DNA of 64,000 nt from Botryllus schlosseri. Taxonomy: Eukaryota. Under the pieces are notes generated by a model that saw only the letters and a list, made by a program, of their open reading frames with translations, was not told where the DNA came from and searched no databases. Positions within the stretch are counted from its first letter, which is position 1. Each line of letters starts with the position of its first letter. Below, in pieces: positions 12,801 through 27,800 of the stretch. The position numbers were made by a program, and so were the translations under genes. The stretch covers positions 1,302,001-1,366,000 of the forward strand of contig CM119378.1 in NCBI GenBank assembly GCA_051294905.1, read 5' to 3'.

Positions 12801-15800
12801 AATCGAACATGATCGTACGCAACATTACAACTATAGAGCATCGGCATTGAAACAATATCTGATAAAATCTACGATGAATCGGCGATGTGTACGCTATTCG
12901 TATATTAGCCGTATATAAAGGGACTACGCAGACTTGGACAAGTAGTGAATTTTTAGCTTTTCCAAATTATATTAGAATTAGAATTATAACCACAGTTTTT
13001 CCAAATTAGATTAGAATTAGAATTATTGCATTTGCGAAAACTCGGGCATTGAATGAAGGTCAGTTCATATCAATTCAGACATCATTCTTATGAGCATGAG
13101 AACAGCAAATGTATGTACAGCAAGCATGGCTCGTTTCGCACTATATAACTCTCATGCATCATCATCAGGAGAACCAGAAATAAGAAGTAAAATGAGCATA
13201 GCATAGAAATATTTCAAAAATTAGACTAGAGTTGAAATTAAAGCAAAAAACGTTTCACAAGATTAGTATGGAATTATATTACCGGCATCTAGCTCTAATC
13301 AGTCTGATTTAACTAGAATTATCTACTTGTCCAAAAATTGACGGGGTAGCGCATTAGTTGTGTAAACTCCATATAGCTATACCTTCGTTGAAGTGTCCCA
13401 TCCGCAAAACGGGTCCCTCGACATAACACACATGCGACAGCGATCGCAATGTTCGCACGATTTCGCGTACGATTCGCAATTGGCAGTCGAAAGCTGGTAC
13501 ACAGCGTTACGAGTTCCCACGTAGAGATAGTCCTTACTTTGAGACAGTGTCATACTGAGGATAGCGGATGCGGATGGACGGTAGGTTGCCAATTCCAGGG
13601 TCTCTATTTCGTTATTCTGCGGTTGTGTAAAAGATGAGTTGAGAATTAAACGCGATGACATAATAAGTGTGTTGTATTATTTTATTATATTTGTGAAGAC
13701 TATCATTACTTCTCTATAACAAAATGCCTCGCACAAATGTTATACCATTTCCGAACGGCTTGCGGTATCTATATTAGCGCAAATATGATTCAATCTTATC
13801 ATCATCATCATCATCATCATTATCATCATTATCATCATTGGTTTATTAGCAATTTTATCAGTTCAATACACCACAAAAAATGCGATGCAAGGAAAAGACA
13901 GGAAGATGTCGAAGCGACTTGGAGTAGTCTATGGAATCAGACACCTACCTTGGCCTAGGGCCTGGGCCTAGGCGATGTAAAGAGGAAGCATGCACAGGCA
14001 CACTGAATGAAAGTAAAGAAGACAGTATTGAAAAAGAAAGCGACAACAATAGAAAACAAAGCGCGTATTTGCTCGCTTAATCGGTAGACGACAATGTGTT
14101 TCTAAGCCCGCGCCAGTACGAGTGTAAAATTTAACGAATACCGTAACCAAACTTACTATTGTGACGGAAACCACTTTATGAATCCGACCGCTATCCGTTG
14201 CAACAAATAATACGTCGTGCGTCACACCGGATGCATCCGTAACTTGCTGGACTACGATCTGAACAGTTCGTTGCGAAAATACATAAGTAATAAATAAGGG
14301 TGAGTTTTTGCAGCTTTTGCAACTTTTTTTACAGCTTCAGGAAGCTTCCTGGATACTCAGAATCTATGTACTATGATGTTTCAAGCTGTTTGTAGGAATT
14401 TTATAGTGCACCTTTTTCTATTTTTAATGCAAATTTCTAATGCAAACTTTATCAAATATTGCGCAAAATGTAAAGAAGTAATTAAAAAAAGATGCTACAA
14501 ACACTTTCTAGCATGGTTCCATTCCGTTTGATTTGCATTAACTAAGAGCTATATGATGGATTAGCTGCATCTCAATGTTATCTCTGACGCAATGGCTTGC
14601 ACTGGGTCACCTTTTCTGGCTATTGATTTTGTTAAAATCGCGAACACCGAGTTTTTCTGCGATGCATTTGGTCAAGTTTGCAGACCTTAGAGGTTTGGAG
14701 AGTGGCATTCGACTTTTTAGTGGGAATGGGTTTAGGGTTAGAGGCTATTCTGTTCGACGCTTTGGGTAAGTCATTTTCCGAATTACGTTATTTTCTTGCT
14801 GTGAACCGGAAAACAAATGTAATTCTCGACGATCTCGTCAGATCGTCCGTGAAATGGGAAAGTAACAAATTTGACATGTCTGCCGTCAGATAGGGTTCAA
14901 AGCTAAAGAACATCAAAGTGTATACATCAGGGGCGGGCAACTTCTCCAGCCGGCGGGTCGGATATAGGAAAATTATGTACTCGGCGGGCCGGATTGCAGA
15001 ATCGATGCATTATTCGCCCATTTATCCACATATACAAGGTGTAAATCGCATTTAATGAATGTATTTAACGACAGCAATGTCACTTCAAAGCCATTTCTCG
15101 TCGATAATGACGAAGACAATGCGAGTTTGAGAACAGCATTGTCATACAGGCGCCGCCATGTCTGCTTCTCTCTGATCAATCAACACACGCAGCAATCACT
15201 ATTTAAGATTTCAAGGCGTTCGATAAGCCCAGCACCCCAAATGTACCAAGATATCAATTCATTAGGGCTGAATAGATGACGTGATAGCGTCGTTGTTCAA
15301 CTGTGGGGCCTATTTTGTCTCGATATTGGATTCATGCATATCGCGGCTTCTACGACATTTGAAAAGTGGCCCTTACATCGTAAATGCCGATAATGCAACT
15401 CTTCCCGTTTCGACGAACTTACGCGGGAGCTCCATTCTCGCACGCTGCGCAGTGCGCATACATGTATTGTATATAATAACATACAGTCACTAAAATTTGA
15501 CGTAGTAAGCAAGTAGCGGAGAATCTCGGCAGACTATAGCCGCGGGCCGCATTATCACAAAAGACGGAAAACTGTCCGCGGGCCGGACAAAATCCCTTCG
15601 CGGGCCGGATCCGGCCCGCGGGACGTATGTTGCCCACCCCTGGTATACATGATCGTGGTCGATTGAATAGCGAGTATAAAAAACGAACAAGCATATACCC
15701 TCGAAATCTCAAACTGTTAGGCCGTACTACGGAACCTTTCGAGTATCTAATACCCTAATAATTAAAACAAAATAATAAATGCATTTTTTACTATAACTTG

Positions 15801-18800
15801 TTCAAATTATATGCAACTTTCTCGCGGTTTTAGTGCAACAAAAACTTGCCCTAGTAATAATAACCTTTCAAACATCGCAGCCCAGAGGAGGGGCAGGAAA
15901 ACTTCTTAGGTTGAGAACGACTATGATTACAAGTGTGACTGGGCAATGGGCATAGCCGAGTAGCTCATGGTAACGTCACAATAGTGTGAATGATGTGGAA
16001 AGTTCAAATATATACCCTTTACGCGACCACATAGAATCTAAGGCTAGCTCCAGATTACGTTAAAGATCATTTCATCATTTTCGACCACACCTATCTCATT
16101 GCATCTTGTTACAACTATGTGGGTTTTGATCACTTCACAGATACGTCATTTCCACTAACGTGCGTAGCTTTGTAATACATGCTTCGTATGCTACGATACG
16201 ACCGATCGTGGTTTACAGCCTTCCGCAGCGGAAAACAGTACCGAAACTGTAATTCTCGTTGATATATCAACTCTTAGTGGCAAGGAGCGTATCATTTCAG
16301 TACTCGAAAAAATAACGTCTCACTAATCGACTCGAATCATTAGAATTAATACTTTTATCCGGATTCAAGAACTCGATCATAGTGCCGATTCAAAACAAAG
16401 CTTAGCTTTATGACACAAGAAACTGTACTTCGTTTGTTTTAGCACAAGATTCGATTGCATAATCAGCGATTTTAGTGAAACAATGACGATGCATGCAGTA
16501 GCAATCGACAATGAGCTCATATAAAGCCGCGTCAGCTTCATATTCGCTGTTACTTCGGTACAATTGCGTGGGTTTAGCATTCAGTTGCGGTTGTCTGCTT
16601 AAAAACCTTTTTGTTTTCAATTCCTACAGTTTTGTGGTGTACTTTAATCAAGTGCAAACACCGCTTCGGCCCTTACTGTATGACTTCGGACCAGACGCGT
16701 AGCCAGGGGGTCGAAACTCCCTGCTTTCAAAACGCAAAACCCCGTACTTTTGAAATGACCATTCTGACGCTAATTAATATTCAGTTGCAATTCAATAAGT
16801 CGTATTATCAGTGTTGCGCGCGGCCGCGGACAGTTAGCGAAAAGCGTGTTGCCAATTAGCTAGATTCGTCTGCGCACAATGTAACGCGACGTGATCTCCC
16901 GCTGAGATGATAGCGAGATTAGGTAATTGATTGCCGCGCACTCGGCAATCGTCGTTGGCCTGATTTATCGCGTCTCCAACAAGCCTAGTTCCGCTGGCTT
17001 GAAGAATCGCATCTGCAATAGGCCATGTACTCGCTATACCATCGCTGGCCTACACAATCGCATCTGCAATAGGCCTGGTACGAAAGATATCATCGCTAGC
17101 CAAAGCGTCGCGTCTCGGGCCTAGCATGCTTTGGCTCTTATCTCTCGATGGCTTGGAGACAATGCCGTTGAGAATTAACGGTTAAGGTGTATGCTGATTA
17201 GCGATAGTGATTAAAGAGTGACATCGCGAAACTGAACGACTTCGAATGTCGGCAAACACCTGCGTGCGTCGGGTGCCTTTATTTTGTGCTAGGAAACTTA
17301 TGAAAATTATGGAAACTTATGAAACTTGTGAAAACTTATGAACCTTATGAAAACTTATGAAAACTTATGAAAACTTATGAAACTTATGAAACTTATGAAA
17401 CTTATGAAACTTATGAAAACTTATGAAAACTTATGAAACTTATGAAGCTTATGAAACTTATAGAAACTTATGAATCTTATGGGAAATTATGAAACTTATA
17501 AAACATGAGGTAAATTAATTCAGATTCGAAGTTTATTGTGAGACCATTGCCTCGGTATTCGATACCAAATAGGGATTTTTAAATCATGATTGCAATAATG
17601 GCAATCAAGATTTACATAGACCAGTGGTTGCCAAAATCTTCAACCTCGCGGCACCCTCTGTAAATGGAAAATAGTCAGCGGCACCCTAGCATTATCGACC
17701 TTTTTTGGCTAGCAGCACACTGTAAACTACCGGAAGATTTGACAGCACCGATGTTCGATAGACACACGGAGGTGATCTCTGACGAAGCTATTTTACCTAT
17801 TCGGTGACCGCGAGTAGGCTTTGCCTTCTTGTAATATACTTGAAACCATGCGGTAACTAAGCGCCAGCACGCCTAATAAGAGAATGCTGGGGACTGTTCT
17901 GATTGCAATATGAATTTATAAACTTGAACATCGACGACGCTTCATTTCTTGGTGGTAATTAGGAAGGCAATGAGGTTTTGAAAACCGCATTGTCTCACAG
18001 GCGTCAGTATGTCTGCGATCAATCAACGCATCGTACAAAACTGGATTACCCCTTCTCGGCACGCGATACGTCTGGTAAGTCGTAGTAGGTCTGGTCCGAG
18101 TTCGCGTGGATATTGGTTGTCGGCATGACAGAAATAATATTTTTACAAATAAACTTCACATCGAGACCGACGGATTATAATTTAGATCAGTGGTTCCCAA
18201 ACTTTTTCGGTGTCAGGGCCAAATTTAGAATTGCAGAGCACGGTCGGGGCCGCACGAATACCGGGGCAATTAAACGGACCCAGAATGTCCTCAAAATATG
18301 ATGATTGGTCGATGTGCGGTGATTCTATCTACAATCCTACATATAATTTTTAAAATCATAATCATTGGGAACGATAAGTAACAACATATTCATACGTCAC
18401 ATATGAGTGTATCACGACTAGGGGTGGGCAAAATCGAGTATCTGAGTGATTCGATTCTGAATCACGTAAAATGTTTCGAGTCGAGTCGAGTATTCGAGTA
18501 TCACTCATTATGACGTCATAACAAAATGTAGTATGTCAAAGATCAAATAAGTACCCTTTATACCACCACAAAGAATATATAATGCCTGTTATCCATCTCA
18601 TTAAAGATAGTTTGGTATTTTTTCGAATTTTTTCGACCATACGGGTTAATTGCACTTTGTGACAATGTTTTGGAATGATCATAACTTCGTAAATGTGTTA
18701 TTTTCAGTAACGTTCGTATAGCTTTGTACTGTCTGGGATGCTGCGATACGGCCATTCAGGGTTTCAAAGCTTCCACAGGCGAAAATGGGATAGAAACTAT

Positions 18801-21800
18801 AATTGTCATTTATAAATTAACTTGCAGTGGCGAGGAGTGTAGAATTTTAGTACTCGAAAAATCGACTTCTACTACTCGACTCGAATCATTGAAATTATTA
18901 CTCGATTCAGATTCGAGTACTCGAATCATTATTCCCAGCCCTAATCACGACTTCGCGAGTATCTTCAATAATATCGCGAACCGAAAAGGTTGTCTTAAAG
19001 CATAGTTTAAGTTTATCTAAATACTTGAGTGGCATTGACGTCGACTATTATTTCCAAAGATACCAATTCAGCGTCAATCAGCAAACGCGACTGTGTCGCA
19101 ATCTTCATATGCTAAATTGCTAACGCGTGACCCAATTTGATTGCCGCGCGGGGAACGTTCAAGATTGCGCAATGTGCACAATATCTCAGATGCGTTGATA
19201 GACGTCTCATTGTTTTGATATACTGTTCTTCACAACAGATTAAATAAAAATGCTAACTCTCCGGACGAAGCTTTAATTCTTCCACAATTACGAACAATGT
19301 TTATGTAAATTGCATAGTTAATTTAGGAGAATACCAGATAGCCTGATTCCGACATAATTGTCTACTTAAAGCGAAATGCTGGTAATCTCTAATTTATTTC
19401 TGATATTTTTCAATGCATTACAATTTTGAATCTAATCTACTTCTGGTTTTCCGGAAAATAGTACTGAACTGTATAGTCCGGAACGACCCGAGGTTGTTGT
19501 ACAGACATTTGCCATTCTCGTGCTTATAACAAAGAGCTCTGACTTAATTGTTATGAACTGAATTTATCTCAATTTCCACAACTGGTCGTGAAAATTATCC
19601 GAGTTATCCAACTTCACACTGACAACGCCCACGGTTTTCACTTGGCATTCGAAATAAATTCAAGCAAAGTAAAGGTGAATGAGTCCAGTATAATTCGCGG
19701 TAATAAATTTTTTCTTTCCAGTCAGGTTTATAATATAGGATGAAGCGGGTGCGGACGGTTTCAACTAAAATTGATTGATTTTTTGGCTTGTATTCATTAT
19801 ATCATTGCGATTGTTGCTTTATAATGTTTTTTTTTTAATTCTCTACTAGCTACTGACGATTACCCCTGACGTGTTTCAGCCGAAAATAATCGGGTTCATT
19901 TCAATAGGAAGATATTCCTAAATGGTATATTGAACGGCTCTTCATCCAAGAGCTCTTTATCTTCATAAGTTTCCATAAGTTTCATAAGTTTCCGTAAGTC
20001 TCATAAGTTTTCTTAAGTTTCATAAGTTTTCATAAGTTTCATAAGTTTTCATAAGTTTTCATAAGTTTCATAAGTTTTCATAAGTTTCCATAATTTTCAT
20101 AAGTTTCCTAGCACAAAATAAAGGCACCCTGCGTGTTATACATGGGAACAACACGCTTGAAAAAATCTCTCGATAAAAAACTTGAAATCACACCTTTCCT
20201 CATGTTTGTTTCCAATCGTGCATCATTTTCAGTCATCGCGCCCAGTAATCCGTATTATTAATGTTCCGCGCTGTCAATTAGCGACAAGCGTGTTACCAAG
20301 TAACAAGCAGCACAGCACGCGGTCTCTGCCGAGTTGGTTTGCCGTTTGTACGCGAGTGAAATTAGGTCATTGCGCACGAGCTAGCATTGCTGCATGCGCG
20401 CCATCCTCGCTAATTCATTGCGTCAAAGACAGGCCTGAACAATCGCTTGCGTAATCAGTCGCGTCTCTAAAAGACCTGTTGCGCACGACATAACCGTTGG
20501 CCTGAGCAATCGCATCTGTAATAGGCCTCGTGCGCAAGATGTCGTGTCGCTGGCCTAACCTATCGCGTCGCCGGCCTCGCAGACTTTGCTGCTATTTACT
20601 TTCATTTAGAGACAATGCCGTTAATTGCATAGAACGGTGACATCGCAAAACAGAACGACATAGTATACTGAAACACAGCTATTCGTGTACTGTAAATGCA
20701 GGGCGCGTACTATACATGGACACAGGCTTTTTCCGAGAATTTGCATGCCATTTTAAGGATGCATATTATACATGGGGGCGTACTAATACTTGAAAAACTA
20801 CGGTACTTTGTCCGCCTAAAATATGTCTGGACCAGCTGTGTTATTGATCGTTTGCTATAGAATAGTGTTATTCTACGCATAATTTCAACACTTCGAAGAA
20901 ACTTCTCGCGGCTCCCTTGCGAGACGTAAATGACACACTAGTGTGCCGCGGCACACCGATTGAGAACCACTGCATTAACATATAAGAGTCACAACCTTGT
21001 ACACAATCATCGAAAAAATCGGGCATTTTCCCTTCAAAAATATCATCGCACTTCGTTTTGGTGAGTTTATCAGCCTCGTTGTGCAGGTGTCTGCATGTGA
21101 ATTCGGATCAGCTTCAGCTGAATACACGTTTAAAGCGACTGGTATATAGTTTAGAGCAGGGCCGGCCAACCCGTGGCCCGCGAGAAGGTTTTGAGTGGCC
21201 CGCGAGGTAATTTCCGAAATTTCTCATCTCATCAAAACTGGATTGCACATATTGTGAATCTTGCAAGGACAACCAAAAATTTGATTGGTCTGGCCGCAAC
21301 ACTTGAGATGTGATGACTAAAATATCAGTTTCGACTCATTTACAGATCCATCAACCATTCACATATTGGTATATCTTCGTACATAACAATAAAGCAGAAT
21401 AACTTGCGATAGATTTATCAGAGGTAAAAATTTTCTACAAGCTTAGCGCAATATGTTGTCACTCGATTTCCTGTTTTTAATATTGTTGCCCTTTTGTGAA
21501 AATTGAAGAACGCCTAATGTATCAGATTGAGTCGAACTATATTCACGATTACGAGACAAAGTGTCGTTCAACATATGCGACCTTGCCTTTGCGCTCACAG
21601 TAAGACCGTCGACTATGAAACCTAGGCACGAAATGATTGACGCATGTTGGTCGCAGCTTTCGATATCGATATGTCCATGCGCCGAATAGCCCAGTCCTCG
21701 CAAACTTAGCCCAGCGATATACAGCAGGCCCGCAATATAGTCAAGTGACAATATTATTGACCTATAAACTTCAAAAAATTTTCGCGCTACGCGCGGATAG

Positions 21801-24800
21801 TGGCCCGCGCAAAAGTTCGTCAATCGAATGTGGCCCTTTGGCTGAAAAGGTTGGCCAGCCCTGGTTTAGAGTTTACCTTGTTGAATTTCGCGCCATCTCG
21901 TACGAAAAGTGGACCGCGAGTCAGGGTATGTCTGCTTTTATTCCGGGGAGGATAGGCGGGCACAATTTCCTTCACAACCAGATTCATTTCCGAAATGAAA
22001 TCCGCAATAATGTTCAGAGTCCGCTTACTGGGGTTGATATCTTCGTTTGGGCACATTCCCGGACGGAATGTATTAATCTGCAAGGGGGAGACATTATAGG
22101 GCAATGATCACCGTCGCATCAAAAGCTATACATTCATTCCAAGCGTCCGGACATCATATCATCACAATCGGACCATTCTAGCATGGCCAATGGCCATGTA
22201 GTTGAAACACTAATAAAACGTTAACAAATGGCTGTATTATCCAGCACATTTCTTACAAATGTTGAGATTTTTGTACGAAATATTATCATCAAAACATGTA
22301 TGTTAAATTGTTCATGGGCCACATTATAACCATCCGACAGTGGTGTTGTGGTTTCGCTCTAGTAATCATCAGCAAGGAAGTGCCGTCATGTACGCATAAT
22401 TCCGAGAAGTCAAATAATGCCCACTCAATTCTGAGTCTTTACGGAAAAATGGATTAAAAACTAATTATTCACCGCAGTGAAACCACCATAGTGAGAAACC
22501 GGTATATGCAAGTTACATGGAGAATATAATTGGTACACAAAAATATAATTCAAATATCCGTGGACGCACTCTCAATTTCGCTTTATGACTTAACAGCACC
22601 TCTGCATACGGAGAAACCTGAATCGCGATATAATAGTAATGAACCAGCTTTAATATATCTCTCGTATTCGTCATAACGCATGCAAATGCGGTATATATCG
22701 TCCTTACAGCTACACTTTAAGCAGTTTATATTACCGTGTTCAACCGGCCATAATCTTAATTTTGCTAATTTCATTGTTTGCTAATAAAGGTGTTGCTAGA
22801 GTAGAACCCTATGATCCGACATAATGTAATATATTATTGTGTAGGCTTAATATAATTGAGTATTCAAGCAAACAAAAAAACAAGGTTATGGAATTTCAAA
22901 CTTTTGAATGGTCCGGTTCGCGACGCAATTTGAGTTTGACGCCCCTGGTTGAAATCTCTCGCTTGAAATCTATTTTTGCACAGCAACGTTGTCGCCGTTA
23001 TAACAAGATTTTGGCATAACTCACTGTAATAGAAGGTTTGTTGCCGACAGCGCTCTGTAGCTGATTACTGTTAAATGCAGTTTGAATATCGCTCAGTCTG
23101 AACGAACAAACCGCACTCGATTGCGGTTCAGCGTCCTGAAAAATACGGACGCCATTGAAATGTCGATGCTAGTCCTATAGCATCGGTAAAGTAACAGCTA
23201 ACCAGCGTCATAAAAGTGCCGTATACAAGATCACCGCTACCTTTCACCATATCGGTCACGAGATTGAAGTGGGACCTGTAGTTTTCAACATCAGTGGAAC
23301 ATTGTAAACGTAGTTTCAAAAGAGAGGTCCATTTCATGTTGAATGCTTCTGATCCTCCCGCATCATTTGCGCAGACCTTAAAAACGTATCAGAATGTAAC
23401 GTAATGCTTAGATTGCAGGCATGACTATAGTAAAGTAAACATTTTCAAACCCGATTCTTGGACGAAATGTCGAAACCAAATCCAAATTAGTAATTCAACT
23501 TCAGGTATTCGATTAGGTATTTAGCTCTTCCTTCCAAAAGTCGTAAATTCAAATCTGAAATCTTCACACCCGTATGTTGAAATCCAAATACCGGATCGTG
23601 GTTGGGTGAAATCCTTTTCATCCAACTATTGATATATTACGTAACAAGTACAAAAAAAAAACGCAATGGCTCAAATTCTAGCCTTCAGCATCATTAGCAG
23701 ACTTGTACGAACTACTATCCGAAATGCGCAACTAGAACTGGAACTAGAACTACTCGCTTTTTCAAACTAGCAACTAAAACTAGAACAAGAACGCAACTAA
23801 GAGATTCGATTCCGAAACAACATACAAATTACTGAGCTGAGCTGAGCTACGAAATATTGGATATAGAATCGGCATTTCAAATGGACGGAGTTTCGAGCTT
23901 GAAACGGGGGTATCGTGACTCATGACATGTGTCATGCCAAACGACGACAAATGTTTTTCCAGTTGTTTTACAACTACTGGTAAATGATTATTTTTAATTA
24001 GCAACTAAAGCTACTCAATTTTCGAAATTCGCTGCTTGAACTAAAGTTATACTAAAAAAAACAGTAGTTATTTGACCCTTAACTCACTATAGATTAGTAG
24101 CTTGTACAAGTTTGACTATACAAAACCGACTTGCCGACAATAGAAGGTATCGTTAACCATGAAATTAATCGTCTATACACGTTGACTTCAACGGTAATAA
24201 TCTTACTTGCGTTACAGTGGCTCTTTGAACAGGAACAACCATTTCACGCGCCGTCTCCACAGAAACAGCGTACACTTTTCCCATGCCGACGGACGGTTCA
24301 GCGATGGTATCGTATGCGAAAAACGAAGCAACATAACGCGGATCGGAGCTGATATTCTGCTCGTTCGCGAGAACGGTATATCGATCAAGCGTTTGTTTCA
24401 TGAGTGCCATCTCCGAGTCGACGCGGCTTCTCGTAGTCGAGAAAAACGCAGTCCCGCCGTTCGAGGACGGTACAGCCAATGAGGTAACTGAATCGTTCGG
24501 ATCATAACTGCACAGCGGTAAATCGAGCATATTTTCATCATGCAGAACATATTCGCTTTTGCTGTCCTGGAAGAGTTGGGAGATGTCTTTTCAGGGGATG
24601 GTAACGACGTTCTTATGGCCCAAAGAGCATAAGAGATTCGGACTTGTACAAACTAATGGATTTTCCAAATCCGATACTAGAAATAGAATATAAGTACTTT
24701 CAAAACCAGCAGTTAGTTGACCGTCAACTAACATTGTGCCGTAATTGACTAAAGTGTGTCGATTTGCAATGAACGAAAGATACAGCACTCACTTTTCTTA

Positions 24801-27800
24801 CAAGCAATTTGTTCTTGGGCGCCATGAAGTTGGTGCCGCAAATTAAAACGTGAGTGGCGTTCAGCTGGTGAATAACTTGAATCAAATTCCCGCATTCGGG
24901 ATTTCGTCTGTTGCAAGGGTGACTTCGCTTCGACGGCCAAGACAGGGACCGAAAGACTGGTCTGCTGATATCGCCTGTTACACATTGGATAGATGATGCG
25001 GGTGTCCGGCGATAGCGAAAGCGGTATTATTACTGAGGTTCAGGCCGAATACTTTTTCTCTGGCGCCGACGAACAACGTTTGTCCGTCGTTGCTAACAAG
25101 CAATGTCTTGAAATCGGAGGTCTGTTCAGGTTCGAAGGTACGGAAGGTTTCCAAATCTGTAAGATATTGTGATATCTGCTAATAATTAGACCAAGGGAGA
25201 TCAACCTTTTTGCTATTCACGGCCACATTTCGATTACGTCGATAGCATATACGGCCGCATGACAACTAACAAGTCTCGGACAGAATATTTTCAGCTTCTT
25301 CGAATTAGACTAGAATTAGATAGCTACACAGTTTTTTTCAGATTAGATTAAAATTAGAACTACTGAATTCGCGAAAAGTTGGACATTCAACCACGTTCAG
25401 TGTACGTACAATAATAGCAAATGTTTGTACAGCAAGCTTGGCTCGTTTCGCACTATACAGTTCTCTTCTGCAGCATTTCCGAAAAAAACAGAAATTAGAT
25501 TAGAAATAAAATTAGAGCATAAAAACATTTCACAAATTAAATTACAATTGATGACCGGAACATCTAATTAGTCTAACAAGACAACTAGAATTATCTAGTT
25601 GCCCAAGTCCGCAACGGACAGCCGGTAAGGACTACATGAACGCCAACTATCAATGTTGAATCGACTACTGGTACTGCAGAGCCCTTTTGGTTTCTGCGCC
25701 ATAGCCGGTTGCCTGTGAGATACCTTGCGCGTGACAGTTTTAGAAGCAGAACGCCCTATCTCAGAATGAGCGGCAACTTATGGCGTCGGGATTTGTGAGC
25801 ATCACCATCCGTCTCCGTTATACCACGATTTTACGAGGTACCGTTTCAGATAACGTCAACTTGAAAGAATTCTACACATTTTCGTCGGCTACTAAAGCTT
25901 GCATTGATAATTGCAATGATAATTCGAAATGGCAACGGCATAGCCCATAAAGTAGGCCAGTTAATTACAAAGCGTGGAATTTAATTCACGTCAGCACTAT
26001 CGGACCACAAATGATCAGTGTAGCATTTGGTTCCATACTGACAGCGATGGTGGTGACCTACAATTAATCCCAGTGATAGGTATGATGGGCTTGATCCATA
26101 TATAGGTGGCGATTGAGTAGTCGATGAACAGTTGAACACCTCACAGAAGTTTGCTCAAAAGGACAATACAAATGTTCAAGGAATGGCGATGATCTTCATT
26201 TGTGATTACTGATTATGCTATTTATTCTGTATGCCGACTTGCGGACCAATCCGTGAATTCGAGATGCATTTAAGCGGCCGCCAACACCTGGTCATTGAAT
26301 TACGCGTAATTATGCATTCAGTGGCCGCATGTGGCCTCAGGTTAAGCAGGTTTCATTCGTTCACAGTAGCCGCCGCCGAAACCAATTCGCGAATGCCGCC
26401 AACACCACACAGATAGATATAAATAGCTTAATGACGATTCGTAACCTGGGCTGCACATAATGACTGATTTATTCGTCAGGCATTCCAAACAGACCGGCCG
26501 TCTGATTATTTGGAGTCTATAGTGATACTGTTCGATGCCGAATAGATTCATTTGTCAGACATTCCAAGCAGACTGGCCGTCTGATTTTTCGAAGTCCTGA
26601 GTCGGTGCCAAATCTTGGAATGTTACACGAATGTTCTGCGTTCTTTTCGGATATTTATAACGTTTGTTTCTAAAACCGTACCCCGCAATCAACTAATTGT
26701 TCGTTTTCGATATCAATAGGTCACACAGGCAGTATATTTCCGACATTTAGGGCTCGGCTGCTGAACGAGAATTAGGCTTCGAGTCGAGTATCTGCGTATC
26801 ACTCAAAGCATGGATGATTCGGAAAGTTTAAATAAGTACTTATTATTCGGCCACAGATAAAATGATGCCTGTTTCACACCACATAAAGATTATTTGGGTG
26901 TATTTCCACTGTAGGCTATTCATTTCACTACACCATAACAACGGCGTGGGTGGACCACGACTTCTCGGAAATGTCATTTTCCGCTCGCGTACGTAGATCA
27001 ATTATGTTATATGACCAAGTAAGGCTTAACATCGTGGCGGGATAGCGTAGTGGTATAATCCACGGCTACAACACCAATTGGTTGTCGGTTAGATTCCGAC
27101 CGAGGTCGGATCCAGAATTACTACCCAAGTGTTGGAAGTTTATCTAGGCCCCTCCTCGCCATCTAATCCGTGAAAGCGGTGTCTCATAAAAGCCTAGAAG
27201 TGTGCCGCGCTGCAAGTCGTCAGCAACGGAATAAAAATAAACAATACATCGGCCTGGTGCAAATGACCATGGTAGTCGACAAACACCATGAATGCAACAA
27301 ACAACAACATCATCGTGTCAAGTCCTACCTACATTTCGAAATAGATACACCGTATTACGGCTGTACCTTTTATTGCTAGCCTACAATTCTAAAATTTTGC
27401 GGACGCAGCGCAAAATTTAAAAATTGTAGGCACACAATTGAACATAAGTTACATAACTGTAGCATCACCAAACATGATAATAACGTTCCATCAAAAATTC
27501 GACGGACTGCTCACAGAAAAAGCTCGATACGTAGAAACAGCCAGTTATTTGATCCGCTAAAATACGAACGCAACGCACATGCCCGATTGCCCGTGCCCGG
27601 GTTACAATTATAAACGCGTTCTAGCTTGCCAACAGGTACTTACACTCGCGATAAAACCAAACCACAACATAAATAATATTACTAGATTGTACTATACTAT
27701 ACGTTACCTGTACCATTGCATCCCTTCCGTGAAAGCTTACAAACTCTGAGAACAGAGCCTGAACCCCAACCTCATCCTATTGCTATCACCCCACTCAAGA

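Noticed and set aside
12705..12860. Extra semaphorin exons
   Set aside because: The PSI domain continues cleanly from 13383 to 12406 (CGWDTSTK|QCVSI). The candidate exons need a 40-nt intron and show no motif.
13737..13958. Poly-histidine protein ORF
   Set aside because: The (cat)n run is the reverse-strand tail of a LINE fragment inside a semaphorin intron.
17292..17505. Regular short repeats suggesting a CRISPR array
   Set aside because: These are 9-10-bp head-to-tail units without unique spacers, with no cas genes and a eukaryotic context. They form a transposon arm.
21637..22107. 156-aa plus-strand ORF and similar short ORF-track entries
   Set aside because: It is an antisense shadow of a semaphorin exon plus MITE sequence. 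Most 60-120-aa ORFs in the track overlap repeats or the opposite strand of real exons.
24975..25033. Apparent frameshift or stop in the semaphorin
   Set aside because: It is resolved by a 59-nt GT-AG intron that restores FGLNLSDISRPV.
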